DNA of 13,119 nucleotides from Chlamydiia bacterium (GTDB taxonomy: Bacteria > Chlamydiota > Chlamydiia > Chlamydiales > JBMOFD01), in contig JBMOFD010000056.1 in assembly GCA_049314435.1 (NCBI GenBank), forward strand, positions 1 to 13,119, read 5' to 3'. The translations under genes and the position numbers were made by a program. Positions 1 to 7,493 of the stretch are shown here, piece after piece. A model generated the notes under the pieces. It was not told the origin of the DNA. It ran no database searches and was given only the letters and a program-made list of their open reading frames with translations. Positions within the stretch are counted from its first letter, which is position 1. Each line of letters opens with the position of its first letter.

Positions 1-521
1 GGGTTGGGGTCATGAGCATAGGCCGGAGGATTCTCCAACCAGTCCGTCACTTCCTTCACCCATGCGGGGTCCTGAAGCCAATCTTTGCCATCGACGATGG
101 AAGGTTCGCTGGTCATCGCCTCGTTTTCAAGAAGGCCCTGTTGCAGGGCCAGGTCTTTCTGGAGGTCGATCGGCATCTCGTCATAGGGCCTGTGCATGCG
201 ACGGGATTCCAGAGTCTCATCGAGGAGGGTGAGGGCATCCTGCACATCGTCCACCGGCGTTCCCTCGGGGAAGAGAGCGGCAAAGACCTCATGGGGTGTA
301 TAGCGCCATGTTGACCCCCCTGGAAAGGAGGGAAAGGAGCGTTGGCACAATGCTTGTAAGGCCGAGTGTCCTTTTTGCTCGTTGGCTTTGAAGATCTCGC
401 CTACGGCCGACAAGCCCTCTCGAGCTGTCTCCAGTACAGAGATGTCCGCTGTCCTCAGGATGGCATCCAACTTAGGGACTTCATCCGGGGTGCTCTGTTT
501 TCCAACACCGCTGGTAGACAT
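1..521 (-). CDS. 5' part (about 173 codons, runs off the left edge) of a paralogue of the large repeat protein at 879..5618
   Basis: Not in the ORF track. Manual minus-strand translation from ATG 521 is open to the edge: MSTSGVGKQSTPDEV...QRSFPSFPGGSTWRYTPHEVFAALFPEGTPVDDVQDALTLLDETLESRRMHRPYD... It aligns to 5110..5618, and both indels are in frame (9 nt and 3 nt). A GGAGG SD lies 5 nt upstream; an alternative in-frame ATG is at 533. Confidence 0.85.
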   Translation of the reverse strand, partial: MSTSGVGKQSTPDEVPKLDAILRTADISVLETAREGLSAVGEIFKANEQKGHSALQALCQRSFPSFPGGSTWRYTPHEVFAALFPEGTPVDDVQDALTLLDETLESRRMHRPYDEMPIDLQKDLALQQGLLENEAMTSEPSIVDGKDWLQDPAWVKEVTDWLENPPAYAHDPN

Positions 522-587
522 GCGGGCCTCCATCTTGAAACTGCTCCTCTTAGAGCGGGTTCTAGTGGAGAGTGCAACGTGCCCCCT

Positions 588-630
588 GCCCATAACGCCC
601 AACCAGGAGCTGCAGGGCGGCGTTATGGGC
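588..630. repeat. 12-bp perfect inverted repeat (hairpin) at the edge of a ~128-bp insertion
   Basis: gcccataacgcc (588-599) and ggcgttatgggc (619-630), with a 19-nt loop. Confidence 0.85.
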
Positions 631-878
631 TCAGCTATCGAGCGTCGCCTTCAGGCCAAGCGCCCGAGTTCGCCGATCACGGCTGTCTTCTTCTTGGAGC
701 TGCTGCCAAAACTGATCTGATAGAAGATGCTGCCAGGGGCCACCTATCTCATGAGCTGAACCACGGACACCGCCCTGTTGGGAGAAGACCCCTGCTGGTA
801 AGACTAGAGGTGGGGAGTCCATCACGCGGTCGGCCCCCCTGGCTTTCGATTTGACCCGAATGGGCCGCTTATAGTGGC

Positions 879-3800
879 TCAGTGGGGAGGGGGGAGACGT
901 AGGATATCTGTAAGGGTATAATCCCCTGTCAGAAGCTTATCGCGTATTGAAGAGTCTCGTAGACACCTTCTTAGGTGTCGGCATTGTTCAAGAGTCAACT
1001 CCAAGACCTGATCCACCGTAAGCACCCCCATTTCAAGTATCCGGGCCGTTTCAGACGAAGAAACTTCATACCCAGAAAGAAGCTCAGCAAGCTTTTCGAT
1101 CTCTGGATCGCTCAAGCGCAACAGACGCTCGACGGTAAATTGGTTGGTTCCGACCAAGCTGCATAAATGGCCATAGAGGGCCGTTCCCTCCCCATGCCTA
1201 GCTTCTATCCAGTGAAAAACACGTTTTGCATTCTTCAATGAAAGATTTGCGAGACGGCTGGCCGGGTAAATTACACCGAGCAGGCGTCTGAACACTTCAT
1301 GATCAAATTTAGCGATCTCCTGATCGGTCATATTCAGCACCTCGTCTAGGTCCAGCCTGCCGTCTAGATCGAGTAGCCCCTTATGGGCAAATTTAGGCTT
1401 CTGCAGAGCCACCTCCGCAGGGGTCATTTCGAACAGCCGCTTCAGCGTATCCTGGAATCCTGGTCCTGCGCTCATCGACTCGATCCGAGCGGCCCTCAGC
1501 GCCGCTGTTGCAACGGCTAGGTGGTCTGACGTCATAGCGAGGAGCCGTTGTCGGACCCACGGACTTCCGAGCGCCCAACGGAACTGCCGTACCTCTAGTG
1601 CGGCCGCCTGCTCGGGAGACAGCTGCGAAGCGGCATCGATGGGCAGCCAACCGGCCTCCACTGCTTCCTGGACTGTACGGCTCTTCATTCTCACTTGGGC
1701 CAGCTGATCTTTTAGAATCGCGATCTCCTGCGGCTCTCTAGCTATGAATGCATCGAGGGTTAGCCGTCCAGACTCTATTGCCGCTCTGACGAACCGATCA
1801 TTTAACAGCTCCATTTGCTCTGCTGTCATTGTGACTAGGCGTTCGATAGGAAGCCTGCCGTCTGTAATCCATTGCGGCAGTACGGAGTCCGTAGAGTTGA
1901 GCGCGGCCAGATGCTCTTTCTTCAACTGTAGCGCCTGATCGACCGTGGCCTTTCTGTTAACAACAAGTGCATTCACAGGGCCACTGCAGAGCCGGTCAAT
2001 TTGATCCGATGTTAAGTGGAGTAATTGGGCTCCATCAAGAAGCTCTGCGCTTAATAGGCGCGAGATGGCGGGTTTACTCAGTGCTTCTAAATGGACGGGC
2101 GTCATGTTCATGAAGACGTCTCTTAAAAACACACCGCTTTTGCGATCAAGCATCATAATAAGGTTAACCACGTCCTGGTCTTTGCATACAGCTGCCTGCT
2201 CAGGTGTCATACGCAGAAGCATAGGGGGTGTGACCCAGGCGATCGTTCCAGGGTCTATATCGAACCTGGCAATGTGCTCGCTATCTAGTTTAAGAAGATC
2301 GTCAAGGCTCAAGAGCGGCGCCGCTTTAGTAAGATGGTCAATGCTCAAGAGCGGCGCCTCGTTCGGCGATAGTTGAAATAGTTGTAATAGCCTTCGGGAC
2401 GGGGCGCCGCTACGCAGTGCGACGGCAGCCGATAGCAGGCTCCTGCCGCCCTTCTTTGCCAGGAGGCTATTAAGGCCCCTGTTTTGCTCCTCTGTGAGGC
2501 TCAGGAGCTCTGCCACTGTGAAGTTCGGGTTGTTGCACAGAAAGTCAACGATCGGGCCGTCAAATCTGGCGATTTGGTCTTCGGTTAGCGTCAGCAGATC
2601 TGGTATATCGAGGAGGTGGGCTACCTGGCCCAGGCCTGGGTGGGACAATCTCTTTTTGAGAAGCAGCACACTATCGAGATCCAGATCCAATGCAGCATCG
2701 AGCACTTTGTTGAAGTACGTTTTAGAAGAGAATGCGGTCCCTGATCGAAGGGCGGCAAGATCGGCAAAGAGCGCCACTCGTGCGGGATCAGCCTCCAGTA
2801 GACGCTCAAGCCGGGGTTCATCAAGCGGAGCGATGTTAGCCATGGATCCGATCCGAATCAAAAGAGTGGACTTGACCGCGGCCAGCTGATCAGGCCTCAT
2901 TCGAAGGAATTGAGCTACTGTGAACATCTTGGCTGCCAGCGGCTCTGTCGCCCAACTCATGGCCGCAATCTGCTCCGGCGTCATCTTCAAGATCTCATCG
3001 ACCGCAAGTCGGCTCTGTACGAACTGTTGCGTGGCCACGAACGCGGCTTGCTCTGGCGTCATTTGCTGAAGCTTGTCCAGACCTCGCCAGCCAACGCGGG
3101 AAATCAGCCGAGCGAGCTGATTACACCTCCCCTCATAGGTGCGTTTAAGCGTGGTCAGGAGGCGCTCTGTTACGGCGATCTCCTCTGGACGCATCTCCAT
3201 GAGATCCGTAATGGTGATGAGACCACTTTTTAGGGAGGCGCCAAGCACGTTGCTTTGCAGTGCAGCCTTCTGCTCTGGCGTCATGCCTAGAACTTGAGTC
3301 ACCGTACACTTGTCAGCTCTGAGTAGCTCTTCCACCAAGGGATGCTTGAGGCAGGCGACCTGTTCGGGTGCCATGTCCAGCAGCTGTTTTATGGTCGCCA
3401 AGCCTTGGGGGACCAGACGGTAGAGATCCTCATCCCGGATCTTCGCGAGGTTTTCAGGCTTTAGCAGATGTGCTACCGACCTTCCACCTTGACGCAGTCG
3501 CTTCACGTATTCTTCCAGTTCTGGACGACCAGGCAACAGCTCTGCCACTCTGGGATCCAGAGGGCCCCAATAGAGGCCCAGCAACTTAGACATGACCTCC
3601 TTCGGTTGGGTGTCTATCCAGCGAGCGATCGGTGTCCCCACCTGTCCTTCGGGACTCAACGTCACAGCACCACAGAGGGTAGCCCACACCTTGGCTCCAA
3701 ACTCGGTCAGCCTCTCACTCTCATCATCGACCAGAAGACGATTGAGAGAACTTTCTTGTAACCGCGCCTCATAGGAGGGCCAATGCTCGACCATTTCAGC

Positions 3801-5618
3801 TACGGCCGTTCGATGAGACATCTCATACTTCTCGACAACCGATTCTAACTCTGACCGTTGCAGGTCCTGTAGGGCCTCATGTAGGCTTCCGGGGCCACGT
3901 TCGGCTAACAGCTCTGACTCCTGTGATTTGACCCGGGTCTCCACCTCCGCGAGGACGTCTAGGGCCTCCGCCCTAACGACTGGATCCACCAGGCTTTTTT
4001 CGATCTCCCATCGGATGGCCTGAGCCTCAAGTTCGACGTCATCGATCCAGAGCTCTCTGGCTGCGCCGGTGAGCAGCTGTGAGACGACCTCTACAGAAGC
4101 TCCCGAAGCTATCCCTTCCCTTCTTAGACGGTTTTGAGTTTGGTTCCATGCTACGCCTAACATCTTGACTAGTAGAAGGTCCCTGAGGCGCTTTTCCGCA
4201 GCTTCTCTGCAGCTCAGTGCCGCTACCGGGGCTGGAACCCCCAGCTCCGTCATCTCTTTGAAAAGGGGACTTAGGGCCTGGCGCCGCTCTTCAGGGTCAG
4301 CCACGCGGTTCGCCTGATCGATCAGAGGTCTCAGGGCGGCCAGACGCCTTCCTTGTTCCTTTGGGGCCATTTGCAGAGCAGGGTGGTGTCCGACGTCCTC
4401 TCTATAGGCCTCGTTAAGCAATTCAAATAGCTTCTCGCGCTGAGACTGATCGAAAGAGGCATACTTGCTCTGTAAGAGGTCGATGAGTTCAGGATATTTT
4501 CTTTCCGCTCGATCCCAGAACACCTGAGCATTAAGAAAGTAGTCAACGGCCTGGTCTACATCTCCTTCCGGCTGGATGTCCTCTGGGGTATATCCCAATC
4601 CAAAACGATCGTTGCCGACATTTTTCAGGGCCTGCTCATAGTGCACATTGCTACCTACGCGTGGGTCCCATCCGCTCGCTTGAAGACCTTGATTGAGGGT
4701 GAATTGAGCCCACTCTCGTCGCAGATCCCGAGCTGCGATCAGCCCTTGGAGTAGCGGGTGGAGGGTTCCACTCTGGGACTTTAGGCCACACATTTCTTCC
4801 AGCTGTGCGACCTGCCCAGACCAGCCCTTGCTGCAGCGCATCACCATTTCATAGATGCAGGCGAAAATAAGGCCTGCCTTCCAAGCAGCCGGTGGATCCT
4901 TCGCGCTTGGAGGAGCCTGGCCACAGGCTTTGGTGGCCGCTTCTGCTGCGACCCAGCACGCATGCAGGCGCGCGACGTATTGTTGGTACTGTTTGGCTCG
5001 CACAGTGGGATCGGGGGAGAACAATTCCTTTGGCTCGTTCGCTTGAACGGTCCTTTGGAGCTCGCCCCAGGCCTTCTTCCAGCCGCCGAGTGTTCGGTTC
5101 CATTCCACAGGGTTGGGGTCATGAGCATAAGCCGGAGGATTCTCCAACCAGTCCGTCACTTCCTTCACCCATGCGGGGTCCTGAAGCCAATCTTTGCCAT
5201 CGACGATGGAAGGTTCGCTGGTCATCGCCTCGTTTTCAAGAAGGCCCTGTTGCAGGGCCAGGTCTTTCTGGAGGTGGATCGGCATCTCGTCATAGGGCCT
5301 GTGCATGCGACGGGATTCCAAAGTCCCATCGAGGAGGGTGAGGGCGTTCTCCACATCGGTAGGCGTGCCCTCAGGAAAGAGGGCAACAAGAACCTCATGG
5401 GGTGTATAGCGCCATGTTGACCCCCCTGGAAAGGAGCGTTGGCACAATGCTTGTAAGGCCGAGTGTCCTTTTTGCTCGTTGGCTTTGAAGATCTCGCCTA
5501 CGGCCGACAAGCCCTCTCGAGCTGTCTCCAGTACAGAGATGTCCGCTGTCCTCAGGATGGCATCCAACTTAGGGACTTCATCCGGGGTGCTCTGTTTTCC
5601 AACACCGCTGGTAGACAT
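879..5618 (-). CDS. Large (about 1579 aa) putative secreted effector: N-terminal helical domain with possible catalytic Cys (NEL/DUF1548-like, tentative), helical or coiled linker, C-terminal ~30-aa helical repeats
   Basis: 4.7-kb ORF (track 879..5675). Start moved to ATG 5618 because of the GGAGG SD 5 nt upstream and because identity to the paralogue falls off just upstream. Repeat consensus is roughly T-[IV]-x-Q-L-L-x-[ML]-T-P-E-Q-x-x-x-L...L-x-x-G-x-L. The CDS is well supported; the function is inference. Confidence 0.85.
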   Translation of the reverse strand: MSTSGVGKQSTPDEVPKLDAILRTADISVLETAREGLSAVGEIFKANEQKGHSALQALCQRSFPGGSTWRYTPHEVLVALFPEGTPTDVENALTLLDGTLESRRMHRPYDEMPIHLQKDLALQQGLLENEAMTSEPSIVDGKDWLQDPAWVKEVTDWLENPPAYAHDPNPVEWNRTLGGWKKAWGELQRTVQANEPKELFSPDPTVRAKQYQQYVARLHACWVAAEAATKACGQAPPSAKDPPAAWKAGLIFACIYEMVMRCSKGWSGQVAQLEEMCGLKSQSGTLHPLLQGLIAARDLRREWAQFTLNQGLQASGWDPRVGSNVHYEQALKNVGNDRFGLGYTPEDIQPEGDVDQAVDYFLNAQVFWDRAERKYPELIDLLQSKYASFDQSQREKLFELLNEAYREDVGHHPALQMAPKEQGRRLAALRPLIDQANRVADPEERRQALSPLFKEMTELGVPAPVAALSCREAAEKRLRDLLLVKMLGVAWNQTQNRLRREGIASGASVEVVSQLLTGAARELWIDDVELEAQAIRWEIEKSLVDPVVRAEALDVLAEVETRVKSQESELLAERGPGSLHEALQDLQRSELESVVEKYEMSHRTAVAEMVEHWPSYEARLQESSLNRLLVDDESERLTEFGAKVWATLCGAVTLSPEGQVGTPIARWIDTQPKEVMSKLLGLYWGPLDPRVAELLPGRPELEEYVKRLRQGGRSVAHLLKPENLAKIRDEDLYRLVPQGLATIKQLLDMAPEQVACLKHPLVEELLRADKCTVTQVLGMTPEQKAALQSNVLGASLKSGLITITDLMEMRPEEIAVTERLLTTLKRTYEGRCNQLARLISRVGWRGLDKLQQMTPEQAAFVATQQFVQSRLAVDEILKMTPEQIAAMSWATEPLAAKMFTVAQFLRMRPDQLAAVKSTLLIRIGSMANIAPLDEPRLERLLEADPARVALFADLAALRSGTAFSSKTYFNKVLDAALDLDLDSVLLLKKRLSHPGLGQVAHLLDIPDLLTLTEDQIARFDGPIVDFLCNNPNFTVAELLSLTEEQNRGLNSLLAKKGGRSLLSAAVALRSGAPSRRLLQLFQLSPNEAPLLSIDHLTKAAPLLSLDDLLKLDSEHIARFDIDPGTIAWVTPPMLLRMTPEQAAVCKDQDVVNLIMMLDRKSGVFLRDVFMNMTPVHLEALSKPAISRLLSAELLDGAQLLHLTSDQIDRLCSGPVNALVVNRKATVDQALQLKKEHLAALNSTDSVLPQWITDGRLPIERLVTMTAEQMELLNDRFVRAAIESGRLTLDAFIAREPQEIAILKDQLAQVRMKSRTVQEAVEAGWLPIDAASQLSPEQAAALEVRQFRWALGSPWVRQRLLAMTSDHLAVATAALRAARIESMSAGPGFQDTLKRLFEMTPAEVALQKPKFAHKGLLDLDGRLDLDEVLNMTDQEIAKFDHEVFRRLLGVIYPASRLANLSLKNAKRVFHWIEARHGEGTALYGHLCSLVGTNQFTVERLLRLSDPEIEKLAELLSGYEVSSSETARILEMGVLTVDQVLELTLEQCRHLRRCLRDSSIRDKLLTGDYTLTDILRLPPPH
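882..3490 (-). repeat. Degenerate ~30-aa tandem protein repeat region
   Basis: Examples: TIKQLLDMAPEQVACLKHPLVEELLRADKC, TVTQVLGMTPEQKAALQSNVLGASLKSGLI, DGAQLLHLTSDQIDRLCSGPVNALVVNRKA, PIERLVTMTAEQMELLNDRFVRAAIESGRL (each 30 aa). Confidence 0.85.
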
Positions 5619-5746
5619 GCGGGCCTCCGCCTTGAAACTGCTCCTTTTTAGAAGGGTTTTTAGGGGAGAGTGCAACCTGCCCCTTCATCAGGGAAGATGC
5701 TGCCATGGGCCCCCCTTTTGATGAGCTGACCCCATGATGCCGCCCT
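5110..5746. repeat. Direct repeat copy B, homologous to 1..776
   Basis: Same alignment as copy A; weak similarity may extend to about 5795/820. Confidence 0.95.
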
Positions 5747-5874
5747 CGGACAGTCGCAAGATCCCTTGCAGAGAGACAAAGAGATCGAGCACTCTGCTCC
5801 CATATCTGAATGAGAGACGACCTGGTATTTCCCCGGGCTGTCGCTCTCTATAGAGACTGAGCAGAGGCATAGGC

Positions 5875-7470
5875 ATGTTAGCGCTAGCATTGACGGCGGT
5901 CGGTCTGTGGAGTACCGCCAAAATCACGCTTCGATTTTTACAGTTCTTCCAACAGGAGGAGTATGACGGGCAGCGTTTCCTCAGCTGGTGGTGGACCACC
6001 CGCAGCTTCGAACGCCGACTCAGCCTTGGGGCTCTCCTCTGCTCTGCGCTCATGTTCTTGGGTGGCCTATGGCATGAGGAGATCCCGCTCATCGTTGCCA
6101 GTGCTGGAGCCATCGTACTCCTCTTCATGGGGCTCCAGGTGCAGTTTGGTCCCAGTAAGAAAAAGCTTCGTATCACGGGGCGGATCCAGCGACTCATCGC
6201 CGTCATCACTCTCTTGCAGGGTGGAGCTCTTCTCTCTATAGGGAGCTTCCTGTCGGCGGAGATCGTGGCATGGCCCTTAGCCATCTTTTTAATGATCCAA
6301 GCGACGCCTCTGATCATTGCTACTGCCAATCTGCTCCTGTGGCCGCTGGAGCGCCTAGTGCGCTATCTCTATCTACAAGATGGTCGGAGGAAGATCAACC
6401 GACTGCAGCCGGTGGTGATTGGGATCACGGGTAGTTATGGGAAGACCTCCACCAAGAATCTGGTGGCCCAGGTCTGCGGGGCCGCCGGTCTGGCGCTCCC
6501 TACACCTAGTAGTGTGAACACCCTGATGGGGGTGACCAGGGTGATTCGTGAGCAGCTTCTTCCAGAACATCGCTTCTTCGTCGTTGAGATGGGAGCCTAC
6601 CGACAGGGATCGATCAAGGCCCTCTGTGATTTGACGAGGCCACGCATTGCGGTGCTGACCTGCATTGGCATCGCGCATCTCGAGCGGTTCCGTTCCATTG
6701 AGGTGGTGGCCCAAGCCAAGGCAGAGTTAGCTCAATCCCTGCCACCTCACGGATGTCTGATCTACAATGCCGACGATCCTTTCTGTCGTCTGATCGCTTC
6801 CCAGGTGCATTGTGCCACCCTGGCTTATGGCACTAATCGAGAGGTGGCGACCCTCGACTTGTGGATGAAGCACCTGCGACAGGTAGCTGATGGGATTGAG
6901 GTGGAGTGGGTGTACCAAAACCGTAGCTACCATGCAAAGCTGCCGCTGCATGGGGTGCATCAAGCCTCCAACGCCTCGGCAGCCCTTCTAGCTGGGGTGG
7001 CTTGTGACCTTCCTTTTGTGCAGGGGATAGCTGCTCTGAGGAGCGTCCTGCCTACGCCTCATCGTTGCCAGGTTTCTCAGGTCCATGGCGTGACTTGGAT
7101 CGATGACAGCTATAACTCCAACCCAGTGGGATTTCGTAACGCCCTAGAGGTCTTAAAGAGCCTTCCCGGCACGCGCTCCTACCTGGTGACACCAGGTATG
7201 GTCGAGCTCGGTGAGGTCAGTGACGCAGAGCATGCTGCTCTGGCCACCTCGATCGCTCAAAGTGCCGACCATGTCTGTCTGGTGGCGTCTCATCGGCTCT
7301 CTGCGCTGGCTCAAGCTCTGACCGTGGCTGGCGTGGCCGACGAGCGAGTCCACCTATTCAGTAGCTTCCTCCAGGCCAGGGAGTGGCTCTTGCAGGAGTT
7401 GCAGCCTGGGGATAAAGTGCTGCTGGAAAACGACCTGCCCGACCTGCATGAGCGCAGCTCAGCATTTTAG
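5875..7470 (+). CDS. murF: MurF-like Mur ligase (UDP-MurNAc-tripeptide--D-Ala-D-Ala ligase family) with N-terminal transmembrane helices
   Basis: Motifs GITGSYGKTSTK (P-loop), SVNTLMGV, VVEMGA, IGIAHLERF, NADDP, IDDSYNSNP, TPGMVELG and C-terminal LLENDLPD. The first ~160 aa are hydrophobic. Adjacent to ddl. Confidence 0.85.
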   Translation: MLALALTAVGLWSTAKITLRFLQFFQQEEYDGQRFLSWWWTTRSFERRLSLGALLCSALMFLGGLWHEEIPLIVASAGAIVLLFMGLQVQFGPSKKKLRITGRIQRLIAVITLLQGGALLSIGSFLSAEIVAWPLAIFLMIQATPLIIATANLLLWPLERLVRYLYLQDGRRKINRLQPVVIGITGSYGKTSTKNLVAQVCGAAGLALPTPSSVNTLMGVTRVIREQLLPEHRFFVVEMGAYRQGSIKALCDLTRPRIAVLTCIGIAHLERFRSIEVVAQAKAELAQSLPPHGCLIYNADDPFCRLIASQVHCATLAYGTNREVATLDLWMKHLRQVADGIEVEWVYQNRSYHAKLPLHGVHQASNASAALLAGVACDLPFVQGIAALRSVLPTPHRCQVSQVHGVTWIDDSYNSNPVGFRNALEVLKSLPGTRSYLVTPGMVELGEVSDAEHAALATSIAQSADHVCLVASHRLSALAQALTVAGVADERVHLFSSFLQAREWLLQELQPGDKVLLENDLPDLHERSSAF

Positions 7471-7493
7471 GCAGCTAGAGAGGACCTCTCAGC

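Larger units (their letters stand above)
1..776. repeat. Direct repeat copy A (N-terminal coding region plus upstream region), homologous to 5110..5746
   Basis: 1..210 vs 5110..5319 has 2 mismatches. 331..531 vs 5428..5628 is identical. Upstream anchors gaagatgctgcca (723/5693), atgagctga (751/5721) and ccgccct (770/5740) share a constant offset after a ~128-bp indel. Confidence 0.95.

Noticed and set aside
588..630. Integron attC site (…TAAC / GTTA… ends)
   Set aside because: At 43 bp it is shorter than known attC sites. The ends deviate from RYYYAAC/GTTRRRY, there are no L boxes or extrahelical bases, and no integrase or array is present.
12..854. Plus-strand ORFs 12..314, 366..854 and 382..720, and their twins at 4962..5721
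   Set aside because: They are antisense shadows of the duplicated minus-strand gene; their similarity only reflects the DNA repeat.
882..3490. TAL-effector repeats (the MTPEQ motif resembles LTPEQ)
   Set aside because: The period is about 30 rather than 33-35 aa, there is no RVD loop or GGKQALE motif, and the units are highly degenerate.
5619..5675. ORF-track N-terminal extension MHSPLKTLLKRSSFKAEAR
   Set aside because: The SD sits just upstream of ATG 5618, and the paralogue has a 1-nt indel in this stretch, so it is probably non-coding.
5688..6329. 213-aa minus-strand ORF and other short ORFs overlapping murF, ddl, tdk and abiE
   Set aside because: They are antisense or out-of-frame to well-supported genes and have no recognisable motifs.
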